In this document: positions 51,201-61,658 of the stretch, one piece after another | How the letters are laid out: every line of letters starts with the position of its first letter | Position numbering within the stretch: position 1 is the stretch's first letter | Made by a program: the position numbers and the translations under genes | The notes under the pieces: generated by a model | Told to the model about the DNA's origin: nothing | Database searches by the model: none | What the model saw: the letters and a program-made list of their open reading frames with translations, nothing else | Source of the DNA: Nemertoderma westbladi | Lineage: Eukaryota; Animalia; Xenacoelomorpha | Reading direction: 5' to 3' | NCBI GenBank assembly: GCA_032718475.1 | Contig: JAUCBJ010002643.1 | Location: 1 to 64,000 of the forward strand | Length of the DNA stretch: 64,000 bases

Positions 51201-53212
51201 TTCATTGAATCTCTTGGCCAAAGGTAAACAAACAATAGAACGAGGGGCAGTCTTGCTAAATTTCAAACACACTTCACACCTCTTCTCGAGTTCCTCAATC
51301 ACTTCCTGACATTCAGAATCCCACGCTCCAGCATCCTGCAATAACGCTCGAAGTTTCTTACTGGATGGGTGTGCGAATTGTTTGTGTAGTTTCACAATAA
51401 CATCCTTATTTTCCTTCTTTGTGCGTTCTGTTAATGCCACCAAACACATTCCTATTGAGATGGAGGATGCCTTCAATGGAATCGTGTAGTGACCTGATGT
51501 GGTACAATCTAGTGTTATATTGTGGCCGAATATGTTGGCCTGATCATTTTCTAAGTCCAGTTTGATGCGCGCTTTCTTCATTGCTGATTTACTCAATAAA
51601 AGTGGAATGTCACTTTCCACTACATCAGTCCGTATCCTAATTTGTTCTCCAGCCATTATGCATGGAAACACAACCTCACGTAGTGACACCCGACGTTCTC
51701 CACCACCGAAACGGAAACACCGACCTCCAGGGTTTATCTCCACCTTCAGTTTTTCATCTTCCGATAGCGAATTCAAATAACAATCCATCCAGACCTTTCC
51801 AGTTACCGTCGCACTGCACCCGCTATCTAAAACAGCAGCGTTCAATGACTCTCTGGCTAACAATCCCAATTCAGACTCGATTCCACCAGTAAATAGAACT
51901 AGATTGACTTCCTCGTCCTCTTCCTCAACTGTCCACTCTTGTGTTGCCTCGTACACTCGCTCCATATTCTCATAGCTATCCACACAATCTCTCACCATAT
52001 GACGAATTGAATCGCACGAACTGCATCGTAAAATATTTCCATCCGATCCAGTCGGATTCAATCGTTTTCCATCTCTATGAGGTGTAAACTCTCTAATATC
52101 CTTCCTAGCGGCAGTTAAACCTCCACCACGATAACCGGCACTCACCGAACTACCAGTAACGGTACCTCGGTTATAACCACTTCCATATCCATAGCTGTAA
52201 CCACCACCTCTGTTAAAGCCTACTCCTCCTCCACGATATCGACTTGGATTCGATCCTCTTGGATCGCTATAGCCCCCGCGTCCACGATATCCTCCATAAC
52301 TACCAGTACCTGGACCTCGCCAGGGCGATCGACATGAGTTAGCATAGAATGCTTCCTCATCCGTTATATTAATAGATTCGACTTTTATCGCAACATCCGG
52401 AACTCCAACGCTAGTTGTTGACATCGACTGTTTACCGAAGAACTTACGTAACGATGCTTTCGTTTGTGTAAATAGTGAATCCTTCTCATTGTAGTTGACC
52501 GCTGTAAGCACTAATTGTCTTTCCTTGTGATCCAACTTCGCAGCATCAAGCAACCTGAACGCAAGAACTGGTTGCGGCACTTCCATACCGCAAAATTTAC
52601 TTTTATTGTATAATTTTTCGAATTCAATAATGAACGTATCCATTGTTTGTTCACTGCCTTTCTTGTATCTATCAAACTGAGTATATTTTTCATATACCTC
52701 CGACAGTTCGTTCTTTTTAAACAAGCCATCCAGAAACGTTATCAACCGATTTACCCCTTCATTCGCTTTCAGTTCATCTAAAGTAATTTCGCTAAACACT
52801 TTATCCCGAACCCCCGAGGGATCTTCTTCCGGTAACGCTAGAGCAATTGCAACGCCTCGTTTTTCTTTCGCTAGATCAGTAACCTCACACCATGCATTTA
52901 CTTCCTGTACGTAACGCTCGTACGGTTTACTTACACTATTGAAATTCGGTGGATTTTTGTATGTTGACATCGCTACTTTTACATTTTCACTTATTCCGCC
53001 GAAAGTTTAAGTTCACGCTCTGCTACCATGTTGATCAGTATAATACACCTTTATAAATCTATTAATATTCTCGCTGTACTGCTATAATAATACAAGGCCG
53101 CCATATAATTATATATTAAATAATGCAATACACTCAGGCCTATACCGGTACACCAAACAACACAGTACTATCCCATCACCCGGCGAGTCTCTATCTTAGT
53201 GCCTATCTAACA
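48240..53212 (-). mobile_element. Full-length Ty1/Copia LTR retrotransposon, GalEa-like
   Basis: 184-bp LTRs 48240-48423 and 53029-53212 (2 differences seen); TSD GTACG; PBS TGGTAGCAGAGCGTG; PPT AAAGAGGGTG; order gag-PR-IN-RT-RH. Confidence 0.95.
48474..52970 (-). pseudogene. Copia gag-pol with two frameshifts (~51100, ~49920)
   Basis: CSSCDSIRHMVRDC, VLDSGC, KLHKQFAHPS..CEVC, ADNGGEF, KARLVARGFEE, YGLNDAARNWY, HVDDF, QLADSLTK. Confidence 0.92.
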
Positions 53213-53913
53213 GTACGGTAGCCATTCACACGTCGCCATCCACCAGGTACGGTAGCCAATCACGCGTCGCCATCCTCCAGGTACGGTAGCCAATCACACG
53301 GCGCCATCCTCCAGGTACGGTAGCCAATCACACGTCGCCTGTAGACGTGCCGCCAGCCTCAGGTTTAGCGGGTAGATCGCTTCCTAAAAATCTAATGTGT
53401 GGAGTGTCCATATTATTTTATCCGGATGATTTTATAAAATTTTACTGGTAAAAATTAATCAAAAATTCATTTTCATCTTAGAAGTGGCCCAAACTACTTT
53501 TATAAACTCTACCGCTATCGCTCGCTGTAGCTGAGTTTGGGTAAAGTTATATATATGTAACTTCTATTACATAAATCTTTGATTCTAGGATCGCTAGTGG
53601 AGATTTTGTGGGGGTAGACTAGTCACCTTCAAAATAATAGGTTAAAAATATTTTCTATTTGTCAGACTTTTTGACATCATCAGTTCAACAAACTCCTCAC
53701 TAGAGATATCCGAAAATTAATTTAATTTCATCCAATTTCTGCTATTTTAATCCGTTCCAACTGAAATGAGTCATAGTACTATTAATATTCGCTAAATAGT
53801 GTTGCCGAGACCCTCGTTGGGCTGCTCTTATTATAAAGGTCTTAAATGATTGATTTGATTGATTGATTTCCGATTCGCCCTTTGAATCTCTAATAGATTT
53901 TTTAATTCTGCAG

Positions 53914-54492
53914 ACGGACAACTGCTATGCGCTGATTGGTCAGAAACATTCCGGGTTTATCGGCCTCTTCCAGCAGTGTATGAGCGCTTCCGGTGTAAAC
54001 CATGTCTGGTTCGAGCGAAGCGAGGCCAACGATCGCGAGAAAGTCCGTCGTAAACTAGCGGAACAGGTATCGAACCCTAACAACTTCCCTTTCCTTATAT
54101 TCCCCGAGGGTACCTGTATTAATAACACTTCAGTTATGCAGTTTAAAAAAGGATCTTTCGAAATCAGCGAGTTTGTTTATCCTGTCGCTATTAAATACAA
54201 CTCTACTTTCTCTGAACCCTTCTGGAATTCTTCACGAGAGAGTTTCCTAGGCAACCTACTAAACATAATGACGTCATGGGCGTTGGTGTGCGACGTGTGG
54301 TACTTGCCGAGAGCCTCAGTGCGACCAGGCGAGGGCTCTGTGGCCTTCGCCAACCGCGTGAAGGGCGATATCGCCTCGTGTGGCGGGCTAGTTGACCTGC
54401 TGTGGGACGGGCAGCTGAAAAGGTACAAAGTGAAACAACACCAGGTGGAGGAACAGAAACTCCATATGAGTCAAGTATTGAAAACTGAGTAA
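53914..54492 (+). CDS. GPAT3/4: GPAT3/4 exon 3 (last; joined CDS about 441 aa)
   Basis: Acceptor ttctgcag|ACG; HVWFERSE, FLIFPEGTCINNTSVMQFKKGSFE, PVAIKY, MTSWALVCDVWY, FANRVK, WDGQLKR; AATAAA ~54618. Confidence 0.95.
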   Translation, partial: TDNCYALIGQKHSGFIGLFQQCMSASGVNHVWFERSEANDREKVRRKLAEQVSNPNNFPFLIFPEGTCINNTSVMQFKKGSFEISEFVYPVAIKYNSTFSEPFWNSSRESFLGNLLNIMTSWALVCDVWYLPRASVRPGEGSVAFANRVKGDIASCGGLVDLLWDGQLKRYKVKQHQVEEQKLHMSQVLKTE

Positions 54493-54809
54493 CTTCTGTT
54501 TGAGTCTCAGGAATAATTATAATACGTTTATATCTGTTGTATTTTAGTGTTATAACTTAATACATTAGTGGAGTTTAGTTTATATTGTAAATTGAAAACT
54601 AGTAATATATAACGAAAAATAAATGATCTTGCTTTGTATTCGGTGAATTAATAATTTGTTCTTAACACATTTCAGCTTGAAATATTATAATTAATACATT
54701 AGCCCTGCCTCAGTACCTCCCGTTAACTTTGCTGCTTGCCTTTCCTCTTAAAGCGCCGATTAAAACGTGAATGTGTTTTATGTTCTACCGAGAGTAAAAC
54801 AATGGGTTA

Positions 54810-57061
54810 GGAGTTGCGCCCACCCCTACCCTCGGGTAGCAGATAGGAGTAGCGCCCACCCATACCATCGGGTAGCAGATAGGAGTAGCGCCCACGCCCA
54901 CCCCTACCCTCGGGTAGCAGATAGGAGTAGCGCCCACGCCCACCCCTACCCTCGCCCTCGGGTAGCAAATAGGAGTAGCGCCCACCCCTACCTTCGGGTA
55001 TCAGATAGGAATAGCGCCCACGCCCACCCCTACCCTAGCCCTCGGGTAGCAGATAGGAGTAGCGCCCACCCCTACCCTCGGGTAGCAGATAGGAGTAGCG
55101 CCCACCCCTACCTTCGGGTAGCAGATAGGAGTAGCGCCCACCCCTATCCTCGGGTAGCAGATAGGAGTAGCGTCCACCCCTACCTTAGGGTAGCAGATAG
55201 GAGTAGCGCCCACCCCTACCTTCGGGTAGCAGATAGGAGTAGCACCCACGCCCAGCCCTACCCTCGCCCTCGGGTAGCAAATAGGAGTAGCGCCCACCCC
55301 TACCTTCGGGTATCAGATAGGAATAGCGCCCACGCCCACCCCTACCCTAGCCCTCGGGTAGCAGATAGGAGTAGCGCCCATCCCTACCTTCGGGTAGCAG
55401 ATAAGAGTAGCGCCCACCCTTACCTTCGGGTAGCAGATATAAGTAGCGCAGCGCCCACCCCTACATTCGGGTAGCAGATAGGAGTAGCGCCCACCCCTAC
55501 CTTCGGGTAGCAGATAGGAGTAGAACCCACCCCTACCTTCGGGTAGCAGATAGGAGTAGAACCCACCCCTACCTTCGGGTAGCAGATAGGAGTAGAACCC
55601 ACCCCTACCTTCGGGTAGCAGATAGGAGTAGAACCCACCCCTACCTTCGGGTAGCAGATAGGAGTAGAACCCACCCCTACCTTCGGGTAGCAGATAGGAG
55701 TAGAACCCACCCCTACCTTCGGGTAGCAGATAGGAGTAGAACCCACCCCTACCTTCGGGTAGCAGATAGGAGTAGAACCCACCCCTACCTTCGGGTAGCA
55801 GATAGGAGTAGAACCCACCCCTACCTTCGGGTAGCAGATAGGAGTAGAACCCACCCCTACCTTCGGGTAGCAGATAGGAGTAGAACCCACCCCTACCTTC
55901 GGGTAGCAGATAGGAGTAGAACCCACCCCTACCTTCGGGTAGCAGATAGGAGTAGAACCCACCCCTACCTTCGGGTAGCAGATAGGAGTAGAACCCACCC
56001 CTACCTTCGGGTAGCAGATAGGAGTAGAACCCACCCCTACCTTCGGGTAGCAGATAGGAGTAGAACCCACCCCTACCTTCGGGTAGCAGATAGGAGTAGC
56101 GCCCACCCCTACCTTCGGGTAGCAGATAGGAGTAGCGCCCACCCCTACCTTCGGGTAGCAGATAGGAGTAGAACCCACCCCTACCTTCGGGTAGCAGATA
56201 GGAGTAGAACCCACCCCTACCTTCGGGTAGCAGATAGGAGTAGCGCCCACCCCTACCTTCGGGTAGCAGATAGGAGTAGCGCCCACCCCTACCTTCGGGT
56301 AGCAGATAGGAGTAGAACCCACCCCTACCTTCGGGTAGCAGATAGGAGTAGAACCCACCCCTACCTTCGGGTAGCAGATAGGAGTAGCGCCCACCCCTAC
56401 CTTCGGGTAGCAGATAGGAGTAGAACCCACCCCTACCCTCGGGTAGCAGATAGGAGTAGAACCCACCCCTACCTTCGGGTAGCAGATAGGAGTAGAACCC
56501 ACCCCTACCTTCGGGTAGCAGATAGGAGTAGAACCCACCCCTACCTTCGGGTAGCAGATAGGAGTAGAACCCACCCCTACCTTCGGGTAGCAGATAGGAG
56601 TAGAACCCACCCCTACCTTCGGGTAGCAGATAGGAGTAGCGCCCACCCCTACCTTCGGGTAGCAGATAGGAGTAGAACCCACCCTTACCTTCGGGTAGCA
56701 GAAAGGAGTAGAACCCACCCCTACCTTCGGGTAGCAGATAGGAGTAGCGCCCACCCCTACCTTCGGGTAGCAGATAGGAGTAGAACCCACCCCTACCTTC
56801 GGGTAGCAGATAGGAGTAGCGCCCACCCCTACCTTCGGGTAGCAGATAGGAGTAGAACCCACCCCTACCTTCGGGTAGCAGATAGGAGTAGCGCCCACCC
56901 CTACCTTCGGGTAGCAGATAGGAGTAGAACCCACCCCTACCTTCGGGTAGCAGATAGGAGTAGCGCCCACCCCTACCTTCGGGTAGCAGATAGGAGTAGA
57001 ACCCACCCCTACCTTCGGGTAGCAGATAGGAGTAGAACCCACCCCTACCTTCGGGTAGCAG
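54810..57061. repeat. 36-bp minisatellite (~60 units)
   Basis: Unit cccacccctaccttcgggtagcagataggagtagaa; homogeneous on the right, degenerate with longer units on the left. Confidence 0.95.
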
Positions 57062-57455
57062 CTATTGAAAGAGAAGCCTTCGGGTCTCCTTCGGCTTCGG
57101 GTGACTGTAAGCTTGTATTTTATGTTGATCTTCCAAATTTATTAATTTTACAGAGTTGGTTTCTTCAAAATTGTTTATTTCATAATAATATTTAAGGTTG
57201 AGTAATATTTCATCCTAATAATAGGCCATACCTTGGTCTACTTTTATAACTATCTCTCATTGCATTTCAATCATTGGGCCGAATTGTTCGTGGCCTATAG
57301 GCCTACGTCTTAGCCTCCCAATTTGAATGTAACTCTCTATACAGAACAGAATCTATACTGTATAAGAGAGACCGTAACCACGGAATACCGTTTGCTTTCT
57401 TTTGGCCTGTGTGAATCTAACTAGCCAGAATCATTGCGCACCGGACTATCAATAG

Positions 57456-57551
57456 TAGGGATGTCCCGGAATCGATATTTTGATTCCGGCCGGAACCGGA
57501 ATTCAACATGCCGGAATATTCCGGCCGGAACGGAATTCCGTGACATCCCTA
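57456..57551. mobile_element. 96-bp hAT-type MITE
   Basis: TIR TAGGGATGTC / GACATCCCTA; 8-bp TSD ATCAATAG at 57448-57455 and 57552-57559. Confidence 0.88.
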
Positions 57552-57842
57552 ATCAATAGGTATATTATTATTTTGTGTTTAATAAATAGGCAGGTGAGAA
57601 AGAGTAGCGCGGTATATTTATTTTTTATTTCTAGAAAACAAACGTATTGCTGTAAACAAAACTCCTAAACGTTAGCAACAAAAGGACACAAAAAGCGAAC
57701 CCGGTACATCATAAATCTGGCCCCTAACCAAGTGAGCTACCACAAATAAATCACCATAACATTATTTTTGAGAGACCCTCTTTCCCACAACAACACAAAT
57801 TCATTACTGTATTATTCATTTTGTCAGTCACAACAGCTAGAC

Positions 57843-57856
57843 GTTGCCATGGTAAC
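57843..57856. promoter_or_regulatory. RFX X-box-like motif
   Basis: GTTGCCATGGTAAC fits the X-box consensus; target gene not identified. Confidence 0.35.
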
Positions 57857-57918
57857 AATGGACAATGGACAATATTACCAAGATATATTACTCGCTCGAG
57901 GTCAACCTCCTACCCCAG

Positions 57919-58610
57919 TATGGTGGCCCATTGCTATCATGTATTTTAATGTATTTTTTTATGTAATATTTTATGTGTTAAATGTGAAATTGAAAATCAC
58001 AATTGAAAATCGAAAATCGAAAATAATATTTGAAAATGTTTATTCAAAAATGTTTATTTTATGGACTAATTCCAATATACAGTACTACTGTACAGTACTT
58101 GTATTGTACCTATCTACCTCCCAACTACCAGTGCCGGTGTCACAGGCAAAAATTCCTCCCGCGCGGAATGCCCCCCCCCCCCCCCCCCCCGGGAATTTTC
58201 GCCTAGTGCCAAATGCACCAGTCAAGCCTACCAGCCCCGTTTGATAGCGATGGGCCATGACGTGGCCCATTGTTATCAACATTTTGATTTAATTTTATAT
58301 TTTGATGATAGCAATGGCGTGGTACATTTTTAAAATTCAATTTATTTTTAAATTAAAATTTTCCAAAACGATTTTAATTTTTGAATACGATTTTCGATTT
58401 TCAAATACGATTTCCAATTTTCAAATACGATGTCCGATTTTCAATTGTGATTTTCGATTTTCATATACGGATGTCCGATTTTTGATTGTGATTTTCTATT
58501 TTCAAATACAATGTCCGATTTTCAATTGTGATTTTCAATTTCACATTTAACACATAAAATGTTACATAAAAAAAATACATTAAAATACATGATAGCGATG
58601 GGCCACCATA
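57919..58610. mobile_element. MITE with ~95-bp TIRs (TATGG termini, IS3EU-like)
   Basis: tatggtggcccattgctatcatg... / ...catgatagcgatgggccaccata; internal TIR-like palindrome 58240-58279; no TSD seen. Confidence 0.7.
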
Positions 58611-60610
58611 GAACTGTACAGTACTTTAATCGCAGTCTAAGCTTATAAATGAATAATATAATATGGTTGATTAAATTATACTCGAATTTATTTTAGTGAC
58701 GTTTCTATTTAAGTTTCAATTGACTGCCAATATATAATTGTATTGGGTACTGTATATTATTAGGCTATTTGGCACCTGCTGTAATTTCTTTACATTGCTG
58801 CAGTCGTTTCGTTGCTTGTTTAATTATGTTATTAAATCTCTACGAATTAATATTAAAAATATCAAATTTAATTGTTATCGTCTGTTAGATTTTATATACT
58901 GTAGTACCGGAGCGGTACCAGTAAAAATCGGTGCGCCCGTAGACCTTGCGCTCGCTGATAGTTCCAGACCCATTACCTGTAAGTTCGGTACCGAGGCCGG
59001 ACTACGGACTTGTTCACTCCAAGGTTGGGTGGTCTCAGACCCCCCAGGTATTGCACACTGTCAGTTCGGTTGCCACTCGTTCCCATCTTCAAAACTCCAT
59101 GTTGAGTTGTTGTAAAGTTGTTTATTCTTATATTGTCCCTCCTGTACCACCTGTAAGAGGGTATATGGTCGACACACCGTCCAACACTTGTTTGAACTTT
59201 GAACGAGTTAGACGGCACCATAACGTGACGGCTAAAGACGGGAGCAAACAGAGCAGGACTGTGCACATGCACAACCCCGTCAATGGCTCAAAATGACCGC
59301 AAACACAAAATATATTTTAGTGGGTTTTAAAAATTAGTTTAATTTAATTAAAAATATTAAGAGAAAGGAGACGGTCAATTTGCGCTGAAGATCACTATTT
59401 TCACTTGCGGTCAATGTGCGCCAATCTGGCACAACCTTACCACATCATGACGCACATCGGTGTCCAAATACACGTTGGTAGACTGACTGGCGCAATTTGT
59501 TTAAACATTTCAAAGTAATTGCCAGGCATCCCTTAATTGTCCTTATAACTTTTTGTTGGGTACAGCTTTTGCAAAGTCGGCAATGACGTCCAGGTGGGAT
59601 CGTTCTGCACACGTCAGCACAGCCCATATCTTCAATAAGCTGATTCGTGATTGCCCAAGTCTGTGGCGGTGGTGCTACTGTGCTGATTAATATAGAGATG
59701 TGGCAGCGATTCAGTGAGACTGCAGTATAGATTATTAAAAATTTTGCAGAAATTATATTAAAAACGTTAGTGAAATGAAATACGTTTTTTTTTTTTTTTA
59801 TTATTCCATTACTAAATTATAAAATCAGGCGAAGCACAAATGATCACAAATTAATTAAGTAGAATAATTAAGATTGAAGCACAGGTTAACAATAAATATT
59901 TACAATAAAGAAACAGATATGTATTCAATACATATCTGGTTGAACACCCCGAATCCCCGCCCCATCCCCAAAACCCGAGGCCCCGCCATGGCCTCCTACC
60001 ACCCCGGAGGCACAGAGAGGTCGCCCGAAGGAGACCAAACTGCAGCCGCCGCCTCACCGCACCCAAAACCTCTCCCAAACCCCGCTGTCTCATGAAATGA
60101 AATACGTACGTGGGAAATAAACTACGACTGTGAACCATTTGAAAAAATCCGCGGACATTTTCACACATTTCTCGGAATTTTTGTCACTCCTATAAAGAGG
60201 GAAGGGTAGATAGCTATTTTAAGTTTTGGATGAGTATGGCCGCAATAAAATTAAAAATCCCTATCACGATCCCGAAAATTGTGCATCCCGATCCCGTTGC
60301 AACACTAGTACACCACCAACGCCGAGTTTCAAAATGCCTGTTTTTTCTCCCTTTTGGAACTTATCACGTGGCAGGTCTTAGCTACTTAATTAAGGCCCCC
60401 TTCGGGGCGCATCCCACCAATCAGCTGACTGCCGTCAGCTGATCGATGACGGCATGCAACTAGTCCGGCCATGGTTGCTTTTTAATTTGTGTTGGTTTTA
60501 CATATCTAGCTGTAGGGTGTTTACATCTTTCTTGAATAATAATAAATACAATTATCTAATTAATTGTTCAGTTATAATTTGTGTATATCTAATTGTATCT
60601 TGGAATCGGA

Positions 60611-60674
60611 ATGGGTTTGTCTACAAGAGAAATATCGCTGCTGCTGCTGATAATAGGATCCAATTTTGGTGTTG
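60611..60674 (+). CDS. Ly6/uPAR three-finger protein, exon 1 (signal peptide)
   Basis: MGLSTREISLLLLIIGSNFGV then G|GTGAGT, a phase-1 donor matching exon 2. Confidence 0.65.
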
Positions 60675-60819
60675 GTGAGTCGCTAATTAATAATTAATTA
60701 TGGAAATTATTTATATATACATGAAACTTACTTATTTAACAAAAAAGTATCTTGATAAAATTTATTAGAGTATTAGGGTTGTTCTGGTAACTGCAATTAT
60801 TATTATCCTTACAAATAAG

Positions 60820-61466
60820 CGTGTAAACGTTAAGCAGACACTGGTGCAGACACCATTATCTGCACCAGTGTCTGCACCAGGTGTATGCTCTACTGTCTGC
60901 ACCAGGTGTCTGCATCAGTGTCTGCACCACTGTCTGCACCAGTGTCTGCACCAGGGTCTGCACCGCTGTCTGCATCAGTGTCTGCACCAGTGTCTGCATC
61001 AGTGTCAGCACCACTGTCTGCACCAGTGTCTGCACCACTACTGTCTGCACCAGGTGTCTGCACCACTGTCTGCACCAGGTGTCTGCATGTTAATATCAAT
61101 TACTGTCAATTGCCAATGAATTATATTGTCTATGGGACGGACTCATATTGCACTGAACATTGCCAACAGCTGATGAAGGGAGTTAAGAGTATTGGTATTA
61201 GTTAGAGTCCATAGAGATCCAAAGATTCATTGTGTAGATAATTATTTAATGTACTGTAATTAATAATAAAGCTTATATTGTTGGATAACATAATCTATTT
61301 ATTGTATTGCGTACAACATAATGATAGATACACAAACACTGCACAAGTGTCTGTACCACTGTCTGCACCAGTGTCTGCATCAGTGTCTGCACCAGGTGTC
61401 TTCACCAGTGTCTGCACCACTGTCTGCACCAGACAATGACAGTTTAAACTGTTAACGTTTACACCC
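60820..61466. mobile_element. MITE-like segment with 12-bp repeats (tgtctgcaccag)
   Basis: IR gtgtaaacgttaa / ttaacgtttacac encloses two 12-bp arrays (~60835-61090, ~61335-61435). Confidence 0.55.
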
Positions 61467-61566
61467 ATACAAATACATCATATTTTTAATGTAAGATAAG
61501 AAAAATGGGAAAGTTGAAACAATCATAATATTATTTATAAAAGTTGTTTTTTATTTTACATTCTAG

Positions 61567-61658
61567 ACTGTCAACTGACCTGCTATAATTGCGCGATAGT
61601 ACAATCCGATCACTGCCAAGATGCTGAAGAAACCACCTCCGGATGTGGATCATGTGTG
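61567..61658 (+). CDS. Ly6/uPAR three-finger protein, exon 2
   Basis: Acceptor ttttacattctag|AC; reads (D)CQLTCYNCAIVQSDHCQDAEETTSGCGSCV with the LxCYxC start; donor GTG|GTAAGT. Confidence 0.72.

Larger units (their letters stand above)
44066..53362 (+). repeat. 34-bp exon-derived minisatellite in three blocks (44066-44623, 47623-48239, 53213-53362; ~38 units)
   Basis: Unit GTACGGTAGCCAATCACACGGCGCCATCCTCCAG copies the end of exon 2; blocks are separated only by two transposons with TSDs. Confidence 0.92.

Noticed and set aside
53863-53913. N-terminus of the 209-aa ORF as a separate gene start
   Set aside because: Intronic; GPAT similarity begins after the acceptor at 53913.
54767-57042. 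540-aa and 235-aa repetitive ORFs as proteins
   Set aside because: Open frames result from a stop-free 36-bp unit.
58738-60170. Short ORFs in a GC-richer patch as genes
   Set aside because: No recognisable domain or consistent exon chain; left unassigned.
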